A stretch of 53,462 nt of DNA from Actinomycetota bacterium (lineage in GTDB: Bacteria; Actinomycetota; Thermoleophilia; UBA2241): contig JAPLCM010000149.1 in NCBI GenBank assembly GCA_026392275.1, positions 1 to 53,462 of the forward strand, read 5' to 3'. Each line of letters starts with the position of its first letter. Positions within the stretch are counted from its first letter, which is position 1. The notes beneath the pieces were generated by a model. The model was not told where the DNA came from, ran no database searches, and saw only the letters and a list, made by a program, of their open reading frames with translations. The translations under genes and the position numbers were made by a program. Positions 1 through 9,745 of the stretch are shown here, piece by piece.

Positions 1-225
1 GATGGCCTCGCCCGCGGAGACGATCCCGTCGAGCTGGTGGGCCGCGCGCTCCGCTGCCACGATCCGGCTCCGGAACAGGCCATCTGCGGTCACCCCGACG
101 AGAGCGAGCCGCCGGCCGAGCAGGGCATGACCGTCGGCAGCATGGTCTGTGACCTGGACGAGCGCCGCATCTATGTCTGCGCCGGCCCGCCTTGCGAGAA
201 TCCCTACCAAGTGTACGAGATGTAG
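1..225 (+). CDS. C45 family peptidase / acyl-CoA:6-APA acyltransferase-like protein, C-terminal part (truncated by window start)
   Basis: Frame is open from base 1; ends ...AICGHPD...TVGSMVCDLDERRIYVCAGPPCENPY, typical of C45 C-termini. Confidence 0.7.
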   Translation, partial: DGLARGDDPVELVGRALRCHDPAPEQAICGHPDESEPPAEQGMTVGSMVCDLDERRIYVCAGPPCENPYQVYEM

Positions 226-239
226 GGCCGGGAACGCCC

Positions 240-1886
240 GTGATCGCTCCCGACCTCGTCATCGCCAACGGCCGCGTCGTCGACGGCTGCGGCAACCCCT
301 GGTACCACGGCGACGTGGCCGTGCGCGGGGACCGTATCGCCGCCATCGGCGCGGCGCACACGCTGCGCGGCCGCGCGGTCGTGGACGCGGGCGGCCGCTA
401 CATCGCTCCGGGGTTCGTCGACCCGCATACGCACTCCGACATCTCCATCCTGCAGCACCCGCGGGCGGAATCCGCGGTGAGGCAAGGGGTCACCACTCAT
501 GTCACGGGCAACTGCGGTATGTCGGCGGCGCCGCTTGGCGCGGCTCACCGCGACGAGACGCTGCACAACTGGGCGCACTACTGGGACATCAGCGGAGTCG
601 CCTGGGACTGGACGAGCTTCCGCCAGTATCTCAAGGCGCTGGAGCTCGCGGGCGCGGCCATCAACATCGCTCCTCTGGTCGGTCACGGCGCCCTGCGTCT
701 GGCGGTCATGGGCCTTGCCGAGCGGCCGCCCACCGCAAAGGAGCAGGCGCGCATGGAGCGGCTGCTGGACGCCGCCCTCCGCGCCGGCGCCCACGGCCTC
801 TCCACGGGACTCGTGTACCCGCCCGGCTGCTACGCGTCCACCGACGAACTGGTGCGCCTTTGCCGCGTCGTCGGCCGTCACCAGGCGATCTACACCTCTC
901 ACGTGCGCGGGGAGCGCGAGACCATCCTCGGGGCCGTCGCCGAGGCGCTCGCCATCGCTCGTGAGTGCGGCGTCGCCGTCGAAGTGTCGCACAACGCCCC
1001 CAAGTGGGGGGCTCCCGAGCACGCCGGCGCCAACCTGGCGCTCATCGAGGAGGCGCGTCTCGACGGTCTCGACGCCACGACCGACAACGACGTGCATCCC
1101 GAGCTTGCGCCGCGTCTGTCGAGGGCGCTGCCGCAGCCCCTGCTCGACCTCGACCGACCGGCGCTCGTGCGGCTGCTCGCCGACCGTGCTGAACGGGACA
1201 ACCTGCGCCGCGCCGTGGCCGAGGACGCGCTGCCCGGCGCCGGCTATACAGGATTGCTCCGCCACGGCCGCTTCGACCGCATCGTGATCCTGCATGCGGA
1301 GCGGCACCCCGAGCTGCGCGGCAGGTCCGTGGCCGATATTGCCGCTGAGCGGGGCCGCGACGGCTTCGACACGTTCCTCGACCTCATCGTCGAGGAGGAC
1401 GACCGTGTGGTCGGCATCTTCGACTACATCGCGCAGGACGACATCAAGACTCTGCTCCGCCATCCGCTCGCAATGGTCTGCTCCGACGGTCTCGTCATGC
1501 CCCCGGCGGAGGACCTCGACGGCACGTCGCTCTACTGGCCCTGCAGTTACGGCGAGTACCCGGGCATCCTCGAGCGCTACGTGCGCGACGAGCCGGTGCT
1601 GCGCCTCGAGGAGGCCGTCCGCAAGATGACCTCCTTCCCCGCGCAGCGCTTCGGCTTGCTCGACCGCGGCGTGCTGCGTCCGGGGCTGTGCGCCGACATC
1701 GTCGTCTTCGATCTCGACAAGGTGCGCGACCGGGCCACCAACCTGTATCCGCACACATACCCCTTCGAGAACATCCCCCATCGGCACCCCGAAGGGCTCG
1801 ATTGGGTGCTGGTCAACGGCCGGCCGGTGATCGCCGAAGGCGAACACACGGGGGCCTTGCCCGGGCGCGTGCTGCGGCGCCGCTGA
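240..1886 (+). CDS. N-acyl-D-amino-acid deacylase (D-aminoacylase)
   Basis: PGFVDPHTHSD, GVTT..GNCG, STGLVYPPG, SHVRGE, LEEAVRKMTSFPA motifs; GTG start at 240 inferred. Confidence 0.9.
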   Translation: MIAPDLVIANGRVVDGCGNPWYHGDVAVRGDRIAAIGAAHTLRGRAVVDAGGRYIAPGFVDPHTHSDISILQHPRAESAVRQGVTTHVTGNCGMSAAPLGAAHRDETLHNWAHYWDISGVAWDWTSFRQYLKALELAGAAINIAPLVGHGALRLAVMGLAERPPTAKEQARMERLLDAALRAGAHGLSTGLVYPPGCYASTDELVRLCRVVGRHQAIYTSHVRGERETILGAVAEALAIARECGVAVEVSHNAPKWGAPEHAGANLALIEEARLDGLDATTDNDVHPELAPRLSRALPQPLLDLDRPALVRLLADRAERDNLRRAVAEDALPGAGYTGLLRHGRFDRIVILHAERHPELRGRSVADIAAERGRDGFDTFLDLIVEEDDRVVGIFDYIAQDDIKTLLRHPLAMVCSDGLVMPPAEDLDGTSLYWPCSYGEYPGILERYVRDEPVLRLEEAVRKMTSFPAQRFGLLDRGVLRPGLCADIVVFDLDKVRDRATNLYPHTYPFENIPHRHPEGLDWVLVNGRPVIAEGEHTGALPGRVLRRR

Positions 1887-1982
1887 CGTCCGCGGCCGGC
1901 GGGCCAGAACGTACAAGACGCCCGCCGCCGACGCGGCCCGCGCTCTCGCGCTGTACTTGGACATGATGTAGAATCGCGGCCG

Positions 1983-3635
1983 ATGATCAGCGTCCAGGAC
2001 ATCCTCGAGATCCCCGACCTGAACCTCAGATTGCTGGCCGGAGCCAAGTCCACCAGCAACCCCGTGCGCTGGGTGCACATCACCGAGGTCCCCGACCCGA
2101 CCAGGTGGCTCAAGGGCGGCGAGCTGCTCCTCACCACCGGCTACGGTTTCGTCGGCGCGGAGGACCGCCAGATCGAGCAGCTCAAGCTGCTCATCGATCA
2201 CAACCTCTCGGGGCTCGGCTTCGGCACCGGCTTCAGCTTCGATACGGTGCCGCCGGCGCTTGTCAGGGTCGCGGAGGAGTACGGTTTTCCGCTCTTCGAG
2301 GTGCCGTACCACGTGCCGTTCATCGCCATCACCGAGGCCGTGGCCTCGAAGATCGTCAACGAACAGTACTCGCTTCTGCAACGCAGCCTGGCGGTGCACG
2401 AGAAGCTCACCAAGATCGTGCTCGAAGAGAAGGGCCTCGAGGCCATTCTCTCGACGCTGTCGGCCCTGGTCGGGTGTTCGGCGGTTCTTTTCGACTTTCA
2501 CGGCGTGGTGCTCAGTGAGGCCGCCTACCGGCGCCACCTGGGCGGCGAGCTCATCGCCGATCTCTGGGGCCGGATCAGCGACCGCCGCGCCGATCGTCAG
2601 AACTTCGCCCTCAGCATGGAGGGCGTCGGTTCGGGGGTGCAGGTCTACCCCGTGGTCGCCTCGCATCGCATCGGCGCCTTCCTCGCCGTGGTCAAGGACA
2701 GCGGCGACTTCAGCGAGTACGACCGCATCATCCTGCACAGCGTGGTCACCGTGACGGCGCTGGAGCTGGTGAAGAAGAAAGCTGTCGCCGAGACTGAGAA
2801 GCGGCTGGCCGGCGACTTCTTCGACGAGCTCATCGCCAGCGATCTCTTCGAGGAGGAGATCGCCCGCCGGCTGGCCTTCTTCGGTCTCGACGCGCAGTCT
2901 CCGCACCTCATCGTTCTTCTCGACATCGACGGCTTCGCGGCGGCTGGCGACGCGCGTGGCGAGCGCGAGGAGACCATGGTGCAGGACGTCAAGGAGCGGT
3001 TGCACTGGGCGGTCGACGAGTTCATGGCACAGCGCGACGTGCTCTTCATCTCGGCGTCCCGCAGCGACTCAGTGGTCATCCTCGTGCAGCCGGGCAAGCT
3101 CGACGGCGGCGCGGTGATCGCCCTCGCCGGAGAGCTCCAGGCGGCCATCGACCTGCTCATTCCCGAGATCAGCGTGTCGGTCGGCATCGGCCGCCCGCAC
3201 CGCCAGCTCATCGATCTGCGCCAGAGCTACTACGAGGCCAGCTACGCCATCAAGATCCGCAGGCTCAAGGGCGAGCCGGGCGTCATCGCCAGCTTCGACG
3301 ATCTGGGTTCCTATGGGCTTCTGTTGGGCCTGCAGGACACGCTGTCACTGCAGGTCTTCTACGACAGCGTGCTCGGCAAGCTGCAGGACTACGACGAGCA
3401 GAACTCCAGCGATCTCGTGAAGAGCCTCGCCTCATTTCTCGAGGCCAACGGCCACTGGGGCGACGCCGCCGAGAAGCTCTACGTGCACCGTCACACGCTG
3501 CGCTACCGCATGAAGCGCGTGGAGGAGATCACCGGCCGCGACCTCAACAAGTCGCAGGACCGCATGGAGTTCTGGCTGGCTCTCAAGGCCAAGGAGATCA
3601 TGGACCAGGCCAAGACGGGCAAGGCCTCGTCCTAG
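1983..3635 (+). CDS. PucR family transcriptional regulator
   Basis: N-terminal PucR ligand-binding domain (VRWVHITE..WLKGGELLLTTG); C-terminal HTH (AAEKLYVHRHTLRYRMKRVEE). Confidence 0.93.
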   Translation: MISVQDILEIPDLNLRLLAGAKSTSNPVRWVHITEVPDPTRWLKGGELLLTTGYGFVGAEDRQIEQLKLLIDHNLSGLGFGTGFSFDTVPPALVRVAEEYGFPLFEVPYHVPFIAITEAVASKIVNEQYSLLQRSLAVHEKLTKIVLEEKGLEAILSTLSALVGCSAVLFDFHGVVLSEAAYRRHLGGELIADLWGRISDRRADRQNFALSMEGVGSGVQVYPVVASHRIGAFLAVVKDSGDFSEYDRIILHSVVTVTALELVKKKAVAETEKRLAGDFFDELIASDLFEEEIARRLAFFGLDAQSPHLIVLLDIDGFAAAGDARGEREETMVQDVKERLHWAVDEFMAQRDVLFISASRSDSVVILVQPGKLDGGAVIALAGELQAAIDLLIPEISVSVGIGRPHRQLIDLRQSYYEASYAIKIRRLKGEPGVIASFDDLGSYGLLLGLQDTLSLQVFYDSVLGKLQDYDEQNSSDLVKSLASFLEANGHWGDAAEKLYVHRHTLRYRMKRVEEITGRDLNKSQDRMEFWLALKAKEIMDQAKTGKASS

Positions 3636-4381
3636 GACACCACCAGCGAGCCGTTGTCCACGACCACGTTGACGCCGGTGACCGCCTCCGTCTCGAGACA
3701 GAACCGCACGGCGGCCCCGACGTCGGCCGGCGCCACAAGGCGCTCCGACGTCACCTTGGCGGCCGCCCGCAGCGTGGCCGCCCTGTGCTCGTCGTCCTCC
3801 AGGTCTACAGGCCCCGGAGCGACGCCGCAGACTCTCACGCCGTCGTCGGCCCAGGCTCGTGCCAGCTCCTTGACGAGGTGGATCTGAGCCGCCTTGGCGG
3901 CGCCGTGCGCCGCGAACGTCGCCCAGGGCTGCAGACCCAGGTAGTCGGTGATGGCGACAATGGCGCCGCCCGCGGCCGCGCCGGCCGTGAAGAGATCGCG
4001 GGCGGCGACGGCCGTGAAGAAGAAGCCTTTCGCGATGGTGTCGAGCGAGGCGTCCCACGAGGCCTCGTCCAGGCGCTCGGGTGGCGTGGGCACGAATGGT
4101 CCGCTGGCCGCATACACCAGCCCGTCAAGGCCGCCGAGAGCTGCTGCGGCCTCGGCTACCAGGCCCTCGGCCGCCGTTGGCCAGCGCACGTCGGCGGCCA
4201 CTGCGGCGACGACCGGCGCGCCTGCCGCGCGGAGCGCGTCGACCTGCGCGCCGGCTTCTTCGCCGGCCGTCCGCGAGGACACGCAGACGGCGGCGCCGTG
4301 CGCGGCGAGATCGAGGGCCAGGGCGCGACCGAGGCGGTGCACTCCGCCGACCACCAGGATCCGGGCGCCGGCGACCCTCAC
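3632..4381 (-). CDS. SDR family oxidoreductase (pteridine reductase-like)
   Basis: GGVHRLG Rossmann motif, HGAAK in place of YxxxK, VAPGP, VTGVNVVVDNG; GTG at 4381 with GGAG upstream. Confidence 0.8.
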   Translation of the reverse strand: MRVAGARILVVGGVHRLGRALALDLAAHGAAVCVSSRTAGEEAGAQVDALRAAGAPVVAAVAADVRWPTAAEGLVAEAAAALGGLDGLVYAASGPFVPTPPERLDEASWDASLDTIAKGFFFTAVAARDLFTAGAAAGGAIVAITDYLGLQPWATFAAHGAAKAAQIHLVKELARAWADDGVRVCGVAPGPVDLEDDEHRAATLRAAAKVTSERLVAPADVGAAVRFCLETEAVTGVNVVVDNGSLVVS

Positions 4382-4527
4382 GTCGGCTCCCCTAGGTGCG
4401 CATACGACTCGGTGGCGACGCAGACGCTCGCCTGACTCGCGAGATCGCGGGCTGCCACTCTCACCGGGCCACCGAGTTCGGAGGAGAAGGCTGCGATCCT
4501 GTCGTGGACACGCTCGGGCCCGGCCAT
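4378..4527 (-). pseudogene. 49-aa ORF resembling the N-terminus of a class A beta-lactamase-like serine hydrolase
   Basis: GGAGG RBS then ATG; RIAAFSSELGGPVRVAARDLASQASVCV; stop overlaps the SDR start (GTGA); no SxxK. Confidence 0.4.
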
Positions 4528-4769
4528 GCAACGCCTCCGTTCGTGGGCTGTGGTAAACATATACGAGCGGGGAGCGCGACGGCCAGTGTCGCCGGCGCCG
4601 CAGGCGGCGGAGGGGGCGCGCAGCTTCGCGTGCCGTGCGGTTCTGCGCGTTTTCCTTTCTTTCTGGGCTTATCTGGGCGTTCTCATGTGCTAGACTGCCA
4701 AATCGCGGAGGCCTTTGTGAGTGTTCGCATCAAGAGCGTCATCATCGGGATAAGGAGCGAGGAGGAGTC

Positions 4770-5891
4770 ATGATCGTCGGTGTCCCTAAGGAGATCAAGA
4801 ACGAAGAGTATCGCGTCGCGGTCACGCCGAACGGCGTCAAGGAGTTCGTGCGCGCCGGCCACACCGTCTACGTCGAGAACGGCGCCGGCGTCGGCAGCGG
4901 CTTCGACGACGCCGCGTACGCGGCTGCCGGCGCCACGCTGGTGAAGGTCGAGGACGTGTTCGCCAAGTCCGACATGATCGTCAAGGTCAAGGAGCCGCTG
5001 CCCGTCGAGTGGCCCATGTTCAAGAAGGACCAGATCCTCTACACGTACCTGCACCTCGGCGCGGCCTACGCCAAGGACCTTACCGACGGCATGCTCGCCG
5101 CCGGCATCCGGGGTATCGCCTACGAGACTGTTGAGCTCCCCAATGGCGCGCATCCACTCCTCTTCCCGATGAGCGAGGTCGCCGGCCGTCTGGCCATTCA
5201 GGCCGGCGCCACGCACCTGCAGAAGGACAACGGCGGCCGCGGCGTGCTACTCGGCGGCGTCACCGGCGTACCGCCGGCCAAGGTCGTCGTCATCGGCGGC
5301 GGCACCGTCGGCGTCAACGCCGCCAAGATGGCGGTAGGCCTCAATGCCCGCACCGTCATCCTCGACAACAGTGCCGACCGCCTCTCCTATCTCGACGACA
5401 TCTTCGGCGGTCGCGTCGAGACCGTGCTCTCCACCGAAGCCGCCATCGAAGAAGAGATCGAGCACGCCGACCTCGTGATCGGCGCCGTGCTGCTCCCCGG
5501 AGGCGCCCAGGCTCCGCACCTGATCAAACGCTCGATGCTCAAGAAGATGCTGCCCGGCTCCGTGATCGTCGATGTCGCCATCGATCAGGGCGGCTGCTTC
5601 GAGACCTCAAAGCCCACCACGCACAGCGATCCCACCTATGTGGTCGACGGTGTGATCCACTACTGCGTCGCCAACATGCCCGGCGCCGTAGCCCGCACCT
5701 CCACCATGGCGCTCACCGGTCGCACGCTGCCGTACGGCCTCGCCATCGCCAACAAGGGCTTCGAGCAGGCCGTCAAGGACGATGCGGCTCTCGCCTTGGG
5801 TGTCAACGTGTACCGTGGCAAGCTCACCACTCCCGCGGTGGCCGAGGCTCACAAGATGGAGTACACGCCGCTGGACAAAGTGCTGGCGTAG
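4770..5891 (+). CDS. ald: Alanine dehydrogenase
   Basis: MIVGVPKEIKNEEYRV, PMSEVAGRLA, GGGTVG, DVAIDQGGCFETS, HYCVANMPGAV; GGAGGAG RBS. Confidence 0.97.
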   Translation: MIVGVPKEIKNEEYRVAVTPNGVKEFVRAGHTVYVENGAGVGSGFDDAAYAAAGATLVKVEDVFAKSDMIVKVKEPLPVEWPMFKKDQILYTYLHLGAAYAKDLTDGMLAAGIRGIAYETVELPNGAHPLLFPMSEVAGRLAIQAGATHLQKDNGGRGVLLGGVTGVPPAKVVVIGGGTVGVNAAKMAVGLNARTVILDNSADRLSYLDDIFGGRVETVLSTEAAIEEEIEHADLVIGAVLLPGGAQAPHLIKRSMLKKMLPGSVIVDVAIDQGGCFETSKPTTHSDPTYVVDGVIHYCVANMPGAVARTSTMALTGRTLPYGLAIANKGFEQAVKDDAALALGVNVYRGKLTTPAVAEAHKMEYTPLDKVLA

Positions 5892-5947
5892 CAGCTGAAT
5901 CGGTGCCGCGGCGTCCACTGGCCGCGTCCCGTCGAGTATGCCAGACT

Positions 5948-5983
5948 GAAGCCGCGTGTGGACGCATGTCCGCACGCGGCTTC
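5948..5983 (+). terminator. Hairpin, probable terminator after ald
   Basis: GAAGCCGCGTGTGGAC-GCAT-GTCCGCACGCGGCTTC, 16-bp stem with one G-U pair, followed by TTCCGTT. Confidence 0.65.
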
Positions 5984-6093
5984 TTCCGTTGCGGGCGGCG
6001 TCTCGCCCTGCCGGGGCCTGTCCTGCCGACCGGGACGGGCAGCGGGCGCGGTCGAAGCGCCGGGGGATGCATGGGCACGGCAAAGGAGCATGA

Positions 6094-7833
6094 ATGGGCG
6101 ATCTACTCCGCATCGACCTCACCACCCGCACTTCCCGAGAAGAGACGGTCCCGCCGGAGCTCATCGGGGAGTTTATCGGGGCCAAGGGTCTCGGGACCCA
6201 CTACCTCTGCGCCGAGGTAGGCCCCGAGGTCCAGCCGCTCGAGCCCGAGGCCAAGCTCATCTTCGCCATCGGCCCCATGGCCGGCACCACGATGCTGGGC
6301 AGCAATCGCTACGGTCTCTTCTTCGTCTCGCCGCTCACCGGCGCCTACTGCGAGTGCTACTCCGGGGGCAACCTCACGCCCCAGTTCGCAAAGACCGGCT
6401 ACAAGGTCGTTATCGTCGAGGGCAAGGCCGCCGGGCACGTCTACCTCGAGATCAGCGAAGAGGGCGTCGCCTTCCACAGCGCCGAAGACCTCTGGGGCCT
6501 CGACGCCTACGAGTCCGAAGACAAGATCATCGAGCGCACCGACCACAAGCGCGCCCAGGCGTGCGTCATCGGGCCGGCCGGGGAGCGCCTGGTGCGCTTC
6601 GCCTGCGTGAACAACAACAAGTGGCATCAGCTGGGCCGCGGCGGCCCCGGCGCCGTGTTCGGCAGCAAGAACCTCAAGGGCATCGTCTGGCACGGTGAGA
6701 AGAAGGCCGAGGTCGCACGACCCGACGCGTACAAGGCGGTCGTGCGCGACCTCCTCGCGCGCACCAAGGGCGACCCCGGCGTCGCCGCCTACCAGCGCGG
6801 CGGCACCCTCAACATGGTGCGCATCATGAACGGCGTGAACGCTTTTCCCACGCGTTACTGGCGCAAGGGCACGCTCGAGGGCTTCGAGCGCATCACCGTC
6901 GAGACGATGCTGGCGGAGCACGGCACCAGGCACGAGCTGTGCCCCCCCTGTACCTTCAAGTGCGTCAAGCACAACTTCGTCTTCGAGGGCCGGCACAAGG
7001 GCCTCGAGATCGAGGGTCCTGAGTACGAGACGGCCTACGTCTTCGGCGGGCTCTGCGAGATCAAGGACTTCTCCGAGATCATGTGGCTCAACGACATCTG
7101 CGACCGTCTCGGCGTCGACAGCATGACGGCCGGCAACCTCTGCGCCCTGGCCATCGAGGCCTCGCAGCGCGGCCTGATCGACGAGAAGATGGAGTTCGGC
7201 GACCCCGACTGCGTCGGTGATTTCCTCACCAAGATGTGTCTGCGCGAGGGCATCGGCGACATCTGGGCCGACGGCGTGCTGCGGGTCGAGAAGGAGTACG
7301 GCCTCGAAGGCATCGCCGTGCACGTCAAGGGCATGGAGCCGGCCGGCTACGACCCGCGCGTCATGAAGGGCATGGGTCTTGGCTTCGCCACCGCCACGCG
7401 CGGGGCGTGCCATCTGCGCGCCACGATGTACAAGCCCGAGCTCATCGGCGTCATCGATCCGCAGGCCATCGAGGGCAAGGCCGCCATCTACTGCGACTGG
7501 GAAGACCGCCTCACGATCATGGACACCTTGCTCTACTGCCGCTTCTACCGCGATCTCGTGCAGTGGCCGTACATCACCGCCGTGGTCAACGCCGCCATCG
7601 GCGCCGACTACGACGAAGACGACCTGCACCACATCGCCAACCGCATCGTCACGATGTCGCACGACTTCAATGCCGCGAGAGGCATCGGGCGCGAGTCGGA
7701 GCGGCTGCCGGACTGGGTCAGCGACAAGCCCATGGAGGACGAGGGCGCGCTCACCTTTCCGCAGGCCGAGATGGAGTACATGCTGGCCGACTACTACAGC
7801 ATCCGCGGCTGGGGCGAGTTGCCTGCGCTCTGA
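6094..7833 (+). CDS. Aldehyde:ferredoxin oxidoreductase family protein (tungstopterin)
   Basis: SPLTG, IGPAGE, GRGGPGAVFGSKNLKGI, CxxCxxxC (CPPCTFKC), EGPEYET, CDRLGVD, YDPR, RGACH. Confidence 0.95.
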   Translation: MGDLLRIDLTTRTSREETVPPELIGEFIGAKGLGTHYLCAEVGPEVQPLEPEAKLIFAIGPMAGTTMLGSNRYGLFFVSPLTGAYCECYSGGNLTPQFAKTGYKVVIVEGKAAGHVYLEISEEGVAFHSAEDLWGLDAYESEDKIIERTDHKRAQACVIGPAGERLVRFACVNNNKWHQLGRGGPGAVFGSKNLKGIVWHGEKKAEVARPDAYKAVVRDLLARTKGDPGVAAYQRGGTLNMVRIMNGVNAFPTRYWRKGTLEGFERITVETMLAEHGTRHELCPPCTFKCVKHNFVFEGRHKGLEIEGPEYETAYVFGGLCEIKDFSEIMWLNDICDRLGVDSMTAGNLCALAIEASQRGLIDEKMEFGDPDCVGDFLTKMCLREGIGDIWADGVLRVEKEYGLEGIAVHVKGMEPAGYDPRVMKGMGLGFATATRGACHLRATMYKPELIGVIDPQAIEGKAAIYCDWEDRLTIMDTLLYCRFYRDLVQWPYITAVVNAAIGADYDEDDLHHIANRIVTMSHDFNAARGIGRESERLPDWVSDKPMEDEGALTFPQAEMEYMLADYYSIRGWGELPAL

Positions 7834-7874
7834 GGCGACGGCAGCGGCGGGCGCGACCGTGGACGCGCGCGTTT

Positions 7875-8204
7875 CTACAGGCCGAAGTAGTCCTTGACCC
7901 GGCGGTACGGGGCCAGGCTCTCGCTGAACGCCTGGAAGACGACCTGCAGGCGGCGCGTCGAGGCTCCGAGCCGGTCGATGCTGGCGACGACCTGCTCCGT
8001 CTGGTGGGCCATTTCGTCGCCGAGCTTCGCGAGCTCCTCCGCGCGCAGCGCGAGACCGACCGCCAGAGGCCCGGCCACGCGCGAGACCCTGATGCCGCGC
8101 TTCAGCAGCCGCCACGCCTTGATGGCGAGGTGGCCGGCCGCGACGCAGACCACCACGAAGCTGCAGAGACCGACAGCGAGCACAAAGAGACCGTTGGGTT
8201 GCAT
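7875..8204 (-). CDS. Hypothetical membrane-anchored coiled-coil protein
   Basis: N-terminal hydrophobic helix followed by an amphipathic helical region; fills the gap between AOR and the NlpC/P60 gene. Confidence 0.65.
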   Translation of the reverse strand: MQPNGLFVLAVGLCSFVVVCVAAGHLAIKAWRLLKRGIRVSRVAGPLAVGLALRAEELAKLGDEMAHQTEQVVASIDRLGASTRRLQVVFQAFSESLAPYRRVKDYFGL

Positions 8205-8284
8205 GACGAGAGTCTATCTCGCTCGGGCCGCGAGGGACAGACCGGCGTCCATGGCGGCGGCCGGCACGACCCGCGAAGCCGCGT

Positions 8285-9376
8285 TCATGGCAGCCGGATG
8301 GGGTACCTGCAGGCCAGCGCGCAGCCGCGGCCGTCGAGCTTGCTCACCTTTACCACGTCGCCGGTGTGGGGAGCCTCGATGAAGAGGCCGCTGCCGATGT
8401 AGATGCCGACGTGGCTGTAGAAGCTCGCATCGCCGAAGAAGACGAGGTCGGCCGGCTGCATGCGGCTGAGCGGGACCGGCGTGCCCTGGCGAGCCTGCAG
8501 CGTGGCGCCGTGCAGGACGCTCACGCCGAACTTGGCGTACACATACATGACAAGGCCCGAGCAGTCGAAGCCGCCTGAGGGCGAAGCGCCGCCCCATACG
8601 TAGGGGATGCCGAGGTACTTCATCGTCTCCTTGACGAGCGCGATCTGGGCGGCGCTGCCGTTGATACTGTCGATGTCGACGCCGACGGCGTCGGCGAGGC
8701 GTTGCGACGCGGCAGCGTCGAGGCGGGCCTGCCGCGCGATGATCTCCTTGACCCGGGCGTCGAGCTCGGCGAGCAGCGCCTGCCGCTGTGCCAGCTGGTC
8801 CTCCACGTCGGCGCGCTTCTCGCGCAGGTCCATCTCCCGGGTGAGCGCCTGGGCGCGGTCCTTCTCGGCCCGATCGGCGAGCTGGCCCACCCTCTGGGTG
8901 AGTGCTTCGATGCCGGCGACGGTGTCTTCGTCTGCCTGGCTGATCTGCCGGAAGTAGTCGATCTGCGTGTCGATCTCGGTGAAATCGCGGGTGCCCAGCA
9001 TCACGTCGAGCACGCTCACGCCGCCGTTCTTGTAGATGTCGGCCATGCGCTCGCCGAGTACCGCGCGCGCCACGTCGAGCTGCAGCTGCGCGCGCGCCAG
9101 GTCGCGGCGGGTCTCGACGAGCCACACGTTGATGTCGTCGAGCTCCGCGCGCGCCACGTTGTACTTCTCGACGGTGATCTGGGAGGCGTGGTCCAGCCGT
9201 GCGACCTCGGCGCGCGCCTGCCTCGCCTGTGCCTGCAGAGACTCGAGATCCTGGGCCGCGGGGGCGGCGAGGGTCGCGGCGGGAAGCAGTATGAGGACCA
9301 CGGCGGCCAGCGCGCAGGCGAACGCGACCGTCATCGCGGCCTGCCGCGCCTTTGCCTGTGCTCGGTCTCGTATCAT
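8285..9376 (-). CDS. Secreted NlpC/P60 (C40) peptidoglycan endopeptidase with coiled-coil region
   Basis: Signal peptide, long coiled coil, LGIPYVWGG, GFDCSGL, SHVGIYIG. Confidence 0.93.
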   Translation of the reverse strand: MIRDRAQAKARQAAMTVAFACALAAVVLILLPAATLAAPAAQDLESLQAQARQARAEVARLDHASQITVEKYNVARAELDDINVWLVETRRDLARAQLQLDVARAVLGERMADIYKNGGVSVLDVMLGTRDFTEIDTQIDYFRQISQADEDTVAGIEALTQRVGQLADRAEKDRAQALTREMDLREKRADVEDQLAQRQALLAELDARVKEIIARQARLDAAASQRLADAVGVDIDSINGSAAQIALVKETMKYLGIPYVWGGASPSGGFDCSGLVMYVYAKFGVSVLHGATLQARQGTPVPLSRMQPADLVFFGDASFYSHVGIYIGSGLFIEAPHTGDVVKVSKLDGRGCALACRYPIRLP

Positions 9377-9449
9377 GGTCTCGCCGTAGTGTATCGGAAG
9401 TTTTCTCCCGCCCTTTACCACGCGCCTGCGGCGCGGCGCCTCCCGCTGC

Positions 9450-9479
9450 TTTACAACCCTGCGACGGAGGGTATACAAT
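9450..9479 (+). promoter_or_regulatory. Sigma-A-like promoter of tRNA-fMet
   Basis: TTTACA-N18-TACAAT ending 17 nt before the tRNA. Confidence 0.55.
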
Positions 9480-9496
9480 CCATGGTTCATTCACGT

Positions 9497-9573
<77 letters not shown>

Positions 9574-9582
9574 AGCCTTCCG

Positions 9583-9602
9583 GGGCGCCCGTTCGGGCGC
9601 CC
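9583..9602 (+). terminator. Hairpin after tRNA-fMet
   Basis: GGGCGCCC-GTTC-GGGCGCCC followed by TAATTGTT. Confidence 0.55.
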
Positions 9603-9745
9603 TAATTGTTGTGCGGCGCGGCGCGCGCCCGGGATCCCTTGCGTGGGGGCGTGAGGTGCCCTCACGGCGTCCTGAGATTGAGGGGCAGTGCCGGTGGGTA
9701 CCACCGGACTCGGAATCGCAGTCCACAGACACCCGGGAGTCGATC

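Noticed and set aside
204-3005. Very long antisense and alternate-frame ORFs (e.g. 204-3005, 13032-15284, 28124-30445, 46417-48900)
   Set aside because: Shadow ORFs of real genes caused by high-GC codon bias; no recognisable motifs
5990-6093. Possible tungsten-cofactor riboswitch before AOR
   Set aside because: Only AAAGGAG (the RBS) matches; the other Moco/Tuco elements are absent
9377-9480. Possible c-di-AMP riboswitch upstream of NlpC/P60
   Set aside because: No ydaO consensus; the region is short and occupied by divergent promoters
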